In this document: positions 23,901 to 34,797 of the stretch, one piece after another
Position numbering within the stretch: position 1 is the first letter of the stretch
How the letters are laid out: each line of letters opens with the position of its first letter
Assembly (NCBI GenBank): GCA_000708835.1
Contig: DF237556.1
Location: forward strand, 1-52,022
Reading direction: 5' to 3'
DNA from: Klebsormidium nitens
Taxonomy: Eukaryota; Plantae; Klebsormidiophyceae
DNA length: 52,022 nucleotides
Program-made: the position numbers and the translations under genes
The notes under the pieces: generated by a model
Database searches by the model: none
Told to the model about the DNA's origin: nothing
The model's input: the letters and a program-made list of their open reading frames with translations, nothing else

Positions 23901-26900
23901 CGGAGACTGACCGTGTATGAAGCACTGCGCAACCAAGGAGCTCCGGTTGTAGACGTTTTCGATCTTCTCCGGGGCGATGTACTCGCCTTGCGCCAGCTTG
24001 AAGATGTTCTTCTTCCTGCGCGGAGCGGGTTTTGGGGCGTCAAGACACCTGTCCTCCGAGCATAAAGTGCGCTTTGTGGCAAGAGTCGGCGCTCATTGCT
24101 ATCACAAAGAAACGAGCTGTGCAAGCAAGGGAGAAAGAGGAATTGGCGACGACAATAAGGAATGACTCGACCTCTGCAAATCAGGCTGATTGAAGAACAC
24201 GTCAGGGCAAAGAGACACAGCTACATGCAGGCTAATTTCCCCCTTGACTCCCCTTCCTCTCGGATCCTGAGGCTCGCAAAAGGTTGCTTCTTGTCTTGGC
24301 ATACAAGGGTTATGCCGGCCGCCTATTTGGCCGGCAGACGCTCTCCGTTATCGTAAGTGTAAAACACGAGTTGGAAGGTCCGATACTCGAGCTCGCGACT
24401 TTGTGAAGTTCAAGCTCTTTAAGCGGAATGCACCAGTCTGAAGCCAGTCAAGACATGCTGATTCAAAACCAAATCATTGAGTTTCCAAGGCAACACGAGC
24501 TTGCCTGTCAATGATCTTGAGCCGCCCCTTGTCGACCCACATGCCAATATCCCCGGTGTGCAACCAGCCGTCGTCGTCTACCGCGTCTCGTCTGCAGCCC
24601 ATGAATGAAAACGTATCACAGTTTGAAGTCTTTCTAGTTGGCTAGGAAGCGTCATGAAATCATCACAAGCCGCTTCGAGTGCCACTGTACCATCAGACTC
24701 CGAGACGACAGAAAAAAGCTTTCAGGGTTCGTCGAATGTAAATGACAAGCAAGAAGCGTTCAAGAAACGCGAAAGCAGGTGCGAGTACCCTCTTTACGAT
24801 GCGGGACAGCCTACAGCGGAGGCCTGAAGTCATTCGCACAAGCTTCAAAGGTTCTAGATATCCTTGCCCTCTTCCCAGACTGTTTTTTCAAGTCGCTAGA
24901 TTGCAGAACCCAAAAGTTGCTCGAGCGCGTCACCTGTTGCGAGAGCTAAGGCAGATCTTTTCGCTCATTGATGCAAATGCCTAACTGTATAAGAGCTGGC
25001 GGTATTTTCCTTATTACTTTCGAAAACCGGTCGGACAATTGAAGTGCACATGTCGGTGACGGAACCAATCACCACGTAGAGCAGCAAGTCGGGAACGAAC
25101 AAGGAAACGTTTCGGCCTTTTCTTCGTATAACCCTTGATTGAAAGGTTCCTGTTGTTTGCGCTTCTCGTAACTTACGTCTGTTCCACGTCCTTGTAGTAG
25201 CCCTTGAAGACGATCGGCCCCCGTACGCAGACCTCTCCCCGGGGGTTGGGCTTGTCATTGTTAGTGTAGTTCATCTCCGGAACGTCAACCAGCTTGACCT
25301 CTGTGGATAAGAAGGTAACGGGTTGTTTCGCGGTTCTTATGTTTTGGGTATCAGGGTTTTAGGTGCGTTCACAGCCCAAGGCATCGCGCTTGTCGTCGTT
25401 GGTGTGATTCATCTCAAAAATCCCCCCCAGCTTATTCTCTGTATAAACCTCTGTAAAGCAAGAAAATGTTATGTCCAAACCCTTTTGGTCAAATCAGCCG
25501 GCTTGACAAAACCACCGGTATAAATCTATGCAGAGCAAGAAAGGTTATGCCCAAACCCTTTGGTCAAATCAGCCGGCTTGACACACGCACCGGACTACGC
25601 TTCCCAACTCAGGGAGTGGTACTTTTAATCTTCGGTGTCTTCCATTTGAGAAACGTCGAGCAGCTTGATCTTTGTGAGTGGAAAACGACAAACCGGGTCA
25701 AACCAGTCGGTCCAAAGTCGCCCAGCTTGAGAGATATGCATCCTGGGGGTTTTCCGAGCGGAGTTTGTCCAAGAATCCAGATCTGCAGTCTACGAAATTA
25801 GGAAAATCGCCTGATTCTTCACGTGCGCGGGCAGACACAATCTTCACGAATTTTGGCTCACTCGTAATCCTCAGCAAAAGGGCAGAAGCCTCTGCAACTC
25901 GTCTCGACAAGAAACTTCAAAGGATTCTTCGTCTTTCTATTCATTGACGAGGGTGCATCGCTGGGTGCTCGAAAGAAAAGCGAAGCCACAGACCAACACC
26001 TAAACCCCATTGAACTGCAGGTCTTCAAGCCGCGTCCGGTTTCAAAGAACGATCTTCATGCCTTCTGCGGAGAGGCGCTAAGCAACTCGGTTGAGGGGAT
26101 CCGTGTGTATTCTTTCGCCAAATGCTCGGTGCCTTAAACTGCCCTTCAAGTGCCAACCGTGAATGGAAAGTTCCCACTCTTTACTCTTCCAGCCAATATC
26201 CGGAATTTGAAGGAGCTTACAAAACCGGAGAGCTCACCGCAGGCAGGGTTGGGAGCGCCCACAGAGCCCGGCTCGTTATCGCCCTCTTCTTGAGTGGAGA
26301 TGACGCAAGTGGTCTCCGTCATACCGTAGCCCTCCACCACACGTGCAACAAAGCATCTGTGAATGTCCACAAATCTGAAGTAAGTATACGCAGAAGCTAT
26401 ATCTAAATGCCTCTGGGAACATAACCGGACGGTACTTCTTGCAATTGGGACAAGACGCCTCAACGAACGAGAGTGCAGACCGCATAGACCAGCCTGCAAT
26501 TGAGTGTAGCACTTCGGGCACCGACACTGGTAGATAAAGCAAATCAAATATACGAGGATGCAGAGAGGGCTGAGGGTAAATCTTTGCGACCGTCAAACTT
26601 TGCACAGAAATGACACCACTCACGGCCACCTTGTACACTGCAATCATCATTGCTCTCTTGGGCTTAGCACGCAGAGGCCCCTAGCTTTAGAGCTGCCAAA
26701 GAGCGGACGCCTACAGCTCTTGAGAGCACGCAAAGAATCCAAGTAAGAAATCTAAAAACATTCCGGAATCCTCACATCTGCAGGAACTCGGAGACTTCGG
26801 GCGAAATGGGCGACGCCCCGGTGGCGAGGATGCGCACGCGGCCGCCTAACCGCTCCTTGATTTTGTTGAAGACGAGCCGGTCCCAGACGGGCGAGACACG

Positions 26901-29900
26901 AGTACCTGAAGGGGGAGTTTGAAGGCTTTGAGTTACAACTGCGGCCATAGGGTGGTTACTGCACCGGGCCCCTTGAACGACGTGAAAGAGAGAGGACTGT
27001 ACCACAAATGATCTCGAAAGCGAAGAGTCGACTGAACGAATCGGCCATATCACTAGAGAACAGCAACCATTAATACGCAATATTCAACGCCCGGAAGCGG
27101 ATTGGAGTTGCGCCAAACAGATTTCTGCGGCAGATCCTCGGCTGCCAGCCGGCGCATCTTAGACGAGCGGCAGCCCCTCTTAAGCCAGCTACCTTTGTCC
27201 ATCAATGAGTCGTACTTGGCAAGGTAAAATATGGAGGCCTCCAAACCGCTCGTTATCTGAACACCAACGCTGATGTGCCAAGTATGTTTGTTGCGAACAC
27301 GTCTGCCTAAAAGTAAAGCCGGGAAACGCGCACCTTTTCGTAGGCCAGCCTTCTTCGAACTGTAGGCCACGTCGAAGAGGCGCTGCTTCAGCCCGCCAGC
27401 ACTCCGTACGGTTGCGTTTATTCTGCATCAAGAAAAGCCCGGATGCCGTCAGGACGATGCAATTGCGAACAACGACGCACGAACAACATTGAAACAGACC
27501 GGGCTTCACTACACAAGTGCAAGAACGTCTCGAAACTGAGAGCCAGTGAACATCCTAATTGCTCAGCTGATCTTAAGTCGGAAATTTTGGGTTCGTCTTC
27601 GATCGACCAATCGACATTCCCGACCTGGTTAAAGACAATCTGGATTTAAACCAGGATGGGAGATGTAAATCATCGCGCAAATGACAGCCGGAGCTCGAGA
27701 TGCGCAGAGAACGACCACGAAGTCAAGCTCTGACTTCAGACCTGTCGTAGATGCGGTTGTACAGGCGGGGCACACTGGCGAAGAGCGTGGGCTTCAGCTC
27801 CTGCATGTCGTCCATCAGCTTCAGGATGTCCTGCGTGGGTGACGAAGATGCTGACGTCAGCACTCAGCGTGCACTCTGACACGCGAGAGAAGTCCAGCAA
27901 GCATCAACATGGCTCAAGATGTTGACGTTGTAAACTCGGGAACGGCTAGGAACGGCTGATAAGTACCGGGCCAGCTGCTGAACGGGGCGGATGCAAGCAT
28001 AATCTCAGAGGGAGATAGCAGAGTCGATCCCCAAATTCTGTCACTTTCGGGTCAAAGTCTTCACCTTTGGTCAGATTCTCTGCCTTCCTTTACGTATCTT
28101 CCAAACCCACTTCCCCTCCCTTCTGGTTGAACTGATTGCAGCAGAGTCGGAACAAATCGTCAATCGACGGGCAGAATGGAGAATCTCTCGGACCAACTCA
28201 CCCCTTGGTAGAAGCCGATGGCGACTCCGTTGTGGATGGCCATCTGAACATTGAGCCGTTCGTAGATGTGCGCGAGCGGGAGATAAGAGATGTGCCTGCA
28301 GACAAAAGGTCGGGCTATTGGCTTAGTACCAAGCTAAGGGGAGGTCATATCTAACCTATGAAGGTTCTGAAAAGTAGACAAAAGGTGTGACAACCCAGAG
28401 AAAAGGTCGAGATCGTTAACCAGGTAGGACCTCCACGTTGCAAAAAAAGCGTGCAACTTGAAAATCGACCATAGAGAGTGGTTTCAGATTCAAAAAGAAC
28501 ACAAACGAAAAATGTTTACGAGAATTTCCAATAGTGTAGATACACAAAACAAGCTACCAGGCAGCCAGGAACAGACGCTGCTGACTCACACATCGCCAGG
28601 AAATGTCTCATTCATCATCGCCATGCCGGCCGTGCTGGCAACGAAGTTTGAGTGCGTGATCATTGCCCCCTGCAAGAAACGCCATGCAAACAAAATAAGG
28701 GCGTGAGTCACGGCAGGAATACGTCACTAACACAAAATCGAGCACATGCGGTGTTCGAATTGGCCTAATATGGGCTTGTTGGTCCCCGCACGTGAGGATG
28801 ATAGAAGCACATAACAATTCTCCGATGTGTGGCAAACAGTGTATGCTATCCCACGACGCAGAGCTCTAGGTAGCTCTAGTTCAAGTGACTGCGACCATAA
28901 TCAACGAGAATAAGAACGCGACTTTTGACGACCAGTGGAGCGAGCAAACGCTCTGCAGCCTTTCAGTGCCGTATATACAGGCAAGTCGCACAGGATTGTG
29001 GCGCAAAAGAAGCAAAGTCCTCAGACACTCCGAAATGTACACAGCTTCCAAGTCGACTACTGGACGAAGAGTAAGCATCTTGGTGAGGGCGTACCTTGGG
29101 CGTTCCGGTGGTTCCGCTGGTGTAGCAGATGGTGGCCAAGTCTTGACATTGCGGGGGGGTGAAAGGGAGCGGGTTCACTCGCCCCTGAAACGGAAAGCAA
29201 ATCTCGAAACACTTCAGGAATAGTAGGCTTCAGGAATAGTAAGATTACCAGCCTGGGACGGGTAGGGTTAGTTTGGGGGTGTAGGGTGGGTTCGGGTGCG
29301 GAGCAGTTGATTCTAATAGGTTAGGTTTTTAGTTTTTGGTTTGAGCTTACTATTCCTTGAGCTTACTATTCCTGAAGTGTCGCGACATGGAAAGCAACCG
29401 GCTGTTCAGCCCGGCTCGTTTTGAAAGCAGAATCTGACCAGTGGCTGTTTTGAAGATTTAGGCGAAGGACTCCAACAAGGCGGCGGCGAACAAGCAACCC
29501 GTGTCTGGCTCTTTGGAGAAAGGTAGCTTGTAAGCTTGGCGACTCGAAGGGCCTTGTCTGCAATGGCTGAAGGATAAATCTTTGCAGAGCATTGCTGTGC
29601 AGGCTGCCCAGCACGCCCAGCGAAAGAACCAACGGCAAGCCAGAGAGAGTAAAGAAGGGCAGGGCTGGGCAAATAATTGAAGATTCTCCTTTTTCGGACC
29701 CTTTGAACAGACTTAATCCCTGACAACCACGAAGACCTTCTGGAAATTGGTTTTGAAAAGACTCCGCACCTGCGCTTCCAACCTCGAGTAGGGCATGATC
29801 ACAACGTCCCGCTTCGGGGGGGGGAGCGGCAAGGTCTGTTCGGTGCCCCCCACAACGACGATGACTCGGATGGAAGGGCACTCGTGAAGGATGTCCATCA

Positions 29901-32900
29901 TCTGCAGAGCAATGACGTCATCAGAACAGCTGCGCCCGAGCTGATTGACGGAGAAGGCAGGCATCAGACAAGTCTCGTAAGCACCAAGGAAAGGTATAGC
30001 TCGCGATTACCGACGGTTAGCAGTGCCTTAGGACAGAAAACATGGATCAATCCTCTGAACACGTGTTTTTGAGGCGTACGTAGACCACGTGGCATTGAGT
30101 TACTGCTCCTGTTATGCTCCAGAGGCCCCTCCACCATTTAAGAGTCACTCACATCAGAAAAGCTCGTACTACAAGAATCTGGCGCTTGAAATGCCAATAG
30201 CATAAAGATTCGTAAGAAGAGTGTAAAGGGAGCTCACAATCTGCATCTTGTCTCTTGTACAGAAGACAGCCACAAGCTCCCCATGATTGATGATGTACTT
30301 CACAGAGTCGGGCCCTGAAAGGAAAGGAGACGAAAGAGTCGGGCCCTGGGATGAAAGCAGACGACATACGAGCATGAAAGTGAGGATCGCACAACAACAC
30401 ACGAGCATGGCGAATACCAATCACACATTTTAAGACTTCACAAGGTCCGCATGAAGAACTCAAAAAGCTTTCCCGCGCTCTCCTACAGCACGCTCGCAAT
30501 CTGACCGCATGGCCGCTTCCAACTCTTGCAACCCGCTTCTCCCTGCTACACCGACGCCCCATCTTTTGGGGATCTCAACCGGAAACGAGCAGGTGACAAA
30601 AACAACCACTGCGGGAAAGTCTCGACCTGCTGATGGCGTTCAAATAGGAATCAAACGCTGAAAGAGAGTGCCTCCGGTACCCCACTTGGTCCCAGGAACT
30701 AGCTTTACACCTAAGGTCAGATAAACTGAAGCTTCAGGACACTCCATAGATGAGCCATAGATGAAGCGATAGTTCAACAATCGAACAGGCAGTTCGCTGC
30801 GAAGGACACGGTTTGTGGCTCTTCGTTTGTTGATGCAATATTTTCTTACCGAGGGTGTCGTACAGAGGCACCGAAACAAAGGCGTACGAGTTGCAGGCCT
30901 GCTCGGTAATCACCCACTCCTCACGGTTGATGAAATAGAGGCCGACCTTGGCTCCCTGCAGAGATAGGGAGGCACGTCAAAGAAGCGTCCCACACTCTAC
31001 CGTCGTGACTTGGGAAGTCACCCCCAAGCGCCCCGAATATTCATTTTCGAGGGTTTTCGGGTTTCATGCTCCAATATGAAATCTTGTATAGCTGGCGTTG
31101 TTTTCAATCTGATCGTCAATTCTCGTTTTTCCCCGTCGGATCCAATTTAGTGTCTGAAGTTTCGTCTTGATCAAGTCCCAAGTCACTAAGATACCCAGCA
31201 AGGAATCTCCAACAAGACAGCTCTAGATCCGGCGCCACGAATGAGTACTACTCTATTGGACGATCTGGAAGCAATCAATTTCTACACAGAGTGGACGCCG
31301 CAGCTGAAGCAAAGCATACACCGGGGCAAAGCTCGATAAAATACAACCTGTTTGAAGGTAAGTCCAAAAGCAAGAGACAAAGCGATTGTCACATTAGTCT
31401 TGAACTGCAAGCTTGTGATGAAGAAGCTCACCGGTTGAAGGCCTTGCTGCACCAGACCAGAGCCCACGGCAGTCCTCAAAGCGCCTGCTTCCCGGTAGGA
31501 CTTCCAGACATAGCTGCGCAAGGAGAGATTAGGATGAGTACAGACGCTGTGAATTCCATCCCAAAACAATCCTGCACTCTCTCAGCAACAACGCAGTCGG
31601 CCTCCCAGATTTGAATATTGCTTCTAGCAATGGCGAACAATCTCAGGTATGCGCAATCAATGAACGCTCGATTCAACGTACTTCTGTCCTATATGGAAAA
31701 TTCTGGCCTGAATCGAACAAAGTCGTCGAAGGGTACTCACGGGCCCACAGTGCCGTCGGGCTTGACGCGGGTCCCTAGACAAGGCTCATCAGCATAAACC
31801 CTGATGCTGCGCCTGCAGCAAACAAGAACACCCATAAATATTCAATTTTCACAGCAGTACGCACACGGTCCAAGAGGCAGAGGGTACTCTAAGCAATTGA
31901 AGACACCCATGCAGTTAGAGACTTCTCAACGCTTTGGAGAGTCTCGAACATATCTATGATAGAAGCCGCATGAAATGAGCATCGATTGCATTGCATACAC
32001 GAGAGGCGCTGACATCATCGTCGCGCAATGCTCACTCGAAGCTGTCGTGGCAGGTCTTCACATCAGGATCCTCTTGGAATCTGTGCACCAACTTCAAGGG
32101 GGAGCGTGCGGACCTGCGATTCATGAAAGAGTTTTGGTGCCAGCAAGAAGAAAACTCAAATAATAGTCATAGTCCCAGGACAACCAAAGATCAATCCTGT
32201 CCCACAAACAGCCTCCCATAGCCCATACTGATTTGATCATGACCATCCCGATTGAGAGACACAGCCCGAGGGGCAAGAAATAAAAACAGGCAACCAACTC
32301 AAGGGGATGGTCAGGAGGTCCGAGATGACCAGATCACAATCCCATTTGAATAGCAATCAAGAATGTTTGAAAGGAAGTGGACGGGGTCCTCTTTGTCACT
32401 CCTTGCGATGGGCGATAAAAAGTTCAACAAAAAAAAACACGATTCTGAAAAAAGTGGGACAAAAGTCACAACCCAAAAGATGCATGCCTTCTGCTTCATA
32501 AGCTCCCTGTGTTATGCAAGATTTTTGAGATATAGGTTACAGGACCTTTGATTGCCTGGCAATTCGTTGTCTAAACCAAGTTCTCAGGCAACAGCTTTAG
32601 TAAACACCGTTACGCTCCAACTAATACGGAGGGCAAATACAGAAGGTGAACGTCTATCCAGCATGTATGTGATCGATCTTTTCAATTTTATCAGCCAACT
32701 GCTTGAAAGTATCAGGAAAGTCCTTAAGCGCATGTCACCTGTGTACATTCCACTTGCCCTCTGATAGCCGCTCTGGAAGGACAACGCTAAACCCTTGATC
32801 TGTACACAATGGTAAGGCAGGATAAAATTTGCATGAGCATGATTACTTGAAGGTGTCAAGCACAGACTCCTTCTTTAGCAAGTACAAAAGCTTCTCTTTC

Positions 32901-33659
32901 ATGACCGCATAACGACCTCCATAGACGCTATATGTCGGGCCAGCTCTCTAGGGTAAAGCTGCTAGATGCTATACTGACAATCTTCAGCAATGTTTTTCTG
33001 CAGAAGGCCCACCCACCTGAAAGGACCTATCATGACTAGTCATAGAGCAAACTTTGTGCCCTCGTTGTCTAGGGTCAGCTCTCAAGCGTACCTAGCAACC
33101 ACCAGGCTTGAAACCTTACATGGATAATCCTGTCCTGGATAAAGCAACAGCCAAGCGACCTACCTACTAAGTACTCTCCAGCTGTGGTCTGAAGATGCAA
33201 CAAATCACTACCAGCTGGTCCTGCGGGGAGACAAGAAATCTCGAATCATGTATCCAAAGTGGTGTCACACGTCTAGCAAAAGGGCAGGTATACTTCCAAA
33301 TTGTTCACATGTCCTCAGTTTCAGCCACCTGTGCACGCTGCTGCCACCGCAAGGGAAGATTTTCCCTGACAGACAGATACCACAATATGTTCACCCTAGG
33401 GCATCAAATCAGATGCAACAACAGCGAGTTCGCCCTCCAACTTCAATACGGTTTGGATTCTATCCTTGTCATCTTGTTGCCCTGATGTCGTCCCGTCACT
33501 ACCTTTCGAAATAAGTTCCGCAACGGGTCCATCAATGCATCACAATTCCCATATCCTCGCAAAAGAAGAAAGATGGGAAATTCAAGGAGACCTACCTGCG
33601 GCATCATTTTCAACATGCTTCCTGAGGATTGCTAAGCGTCGCTCTGCAGCCTCCGCCAT
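20957..33659 (-). CDS. LACS6: Peroxisomal long-chain acyl-CoA synthetase (LACS6/7-like), 22 exons, 700 aa
   Basis: Exons: 33659-33596, 33220-33164, 32799-32739, 32113-32036, 31812-31741, 31513-31432, 30955-30850, 30314-30238, 29901-29770, 29184-29095, 28669-28590, 28295-28202, 27830-27742, 27422-27334, 26905-26776, 26356-26238, 25300-25177, 24591-24505, 24015-23912, 23088-23003, 22085-21909, 21061-20957 (2103 nt, all phases consistent). Motifs: [55 protein letters not shown], and N-terminal PTS2-like RLAILRKHV. Confidence 0.95.
21640..21850 (-). repeat. Two decayed copies of the LACS exon 21 3' end plus donor
   Basis: About 130-bp period; ...GAGCCCTTCTC.AT.GA.AA.GGCCTCC.CAC.CCCA..TTCAAG|GT repeated downstream of the functional donor at 21908. 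Confidence 0.8.
22200..22420 (-). repeat. Two decayed copies of the LACS exon 21 acceptor plus 5' end
   Basis: GCAACTACGA(G/A)GCGCTGTGCAA at about 22225 (with GGCAG acceptor) and about 22380 (AG mutated), both upstream of the functional acceptor at 22086. Confidence 0.8.
25386..25680 (-). repeat. Decayed copies of the LACS exon 17 5' end, plus a ~75-bp tandem duplication
   Basis: AAGCTGG...GAGATGAATCACACCAACGACGACAAG (about 25445-25390) and GATCAAGCTGCTCGACGTT..CAAATG (about 25670-25640) resemble AGGTCAAGCTGGTTGACGTTCCGGAGATGAACTACACTAACAATGACAAG. Confidence 0.65.
29201..29388 (+). mobile_element. G-rich-core MITE, copy B (in LACS intron 9)
   Basis: Perfect 9-bp TSD GGAAAGCAA (29192-29200 and 29389-29397); arms ACACTTCAGGAATAGTA(A/G) with an internal tandem duplicate on each side; core GGGACGGGTAGGGTTAGTTTGGGGGTGTAGGGTGGGTTCGGGTGCGGAGC. 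Confidence 0.85.
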
Positions 33660-34797
33660 CCTCTCGGCACCGTCAAAGAGTTCAGCACCTTTTCTTCTGG
33701 TCCTTTCCTTGTTCAGATTCTGCCCTCAGTACACGTAAATTGCAAGAGAATGTCTGGCTACCTAGTAGCCGCCACTAAGCCAATAATCAAGGAGTACGCA
33801 TGCAACCGTCAGCGTCTGAGGGCTACTTGCCAGCACCTCATTCAAACCAGCGAAATTGCTCCTCGCTCCCCCAATTTTCAGCTGAATTGCTGTTTGCGAG
33901 TCGGACTCCCTTCCTTGAAAATCCAAACTTTCCAAAGCCCTCATGCCCTTCCCTTTCCGGCCTGCTTTCCAAATTCCTTCCCTGCCGCAGATTAGCCTAC
34001 CTTCCGCAGATTTCACATTGCCTGTGCAGGCAAACCGCCTCATGGTGACGTCTTCTCACTGCCGTTTTCTAGATTTCCAACTTTCCTCTCCAGCACCCGA
34101 TTCCAATCGTCCTCGGTTGATATTCCATGATCTGAAAGTGTCCCCTTCAAACACCCTGGCCTGGGGCCGGAGGAAAACCCATTTTGCCTTCATTGCCGTT
34201 GAGGATGTTGGTGCTGACTCGACAGCGGCCGTCTCTGTATGCAAGAACCGTCACATCCTCGGCGACAAAAAGGACAGGGTTCAGCAACCTTGACTCTTGA
34301 GCACTGCTGGAAAGGAAGGTGGATGCGGTGGGATTAGTGCTGGAGGCGCTCATTGTGGAAGTTGTGGAGGTGCTCATTGTGGAAGTTGCAGCTATTCAAA
34401 TGTGTTGAAGCTCTCTTCAAGGGAAATTGAAAGGTGTTTGTTCAAACCCGGTTTGAAGGGGTGGCAGAAGGATGTACTTTGCTCCTTCCGGACACCAATG
34501 ACTTCAGCCCGGGGCTGAGCAGCTTGCATTGGACTGAAGCTTGAGCCTAGCTAAACCCCTGCTAAAAGACCTGTATTGTTCATCCTGAGAGCAGGGGGGG
34601 CCTTTTTTCTTCAGCTCCGGCGGTTCTGCTTTGAGTTTCTTGCGTTCACCCATGCAACCTGGGAACCGGGCTCCGGGTTCAGCTCCACCACCCCCGAACG
34701 CAAACTCCATGGCTGCCTTCCTGCCAGCGATCGCTGCACTTGTTGCTGTGAGTGCTTCTTCTTTCCTTTCCTTCCCTTTTCAGCGGAAGGAGCCGCC
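33660..34797. promoter_or_regulatory. Divergent (head-to-head) LACS/Erlin intergenic region of about 1.1 kb
   Basis: Lies between the two inferred start codons; the Erlin ATG has a GCCGCCATGG context. Actual TSSs are unknown. Confidence 0.45.

Noticed and set aside
27193-27256. Candidate alternative LACS exon with AG/GT borders
   Set aside because: 64 nt with phases incompatible with replacing or adding to exon 14; similarity is weak.
29256-29340. Interstitial telomere array
   Set aside because: Only isolated degenerate TAGGG units inside a TSD-flanked element; no tandem array.
33660-33719. In-frame N-terminal extension of LACS
   Set aside because: A stop lies three codons further upstream and no compatible upstream donor was found; the PTS2 position fits the 33659 ATG.
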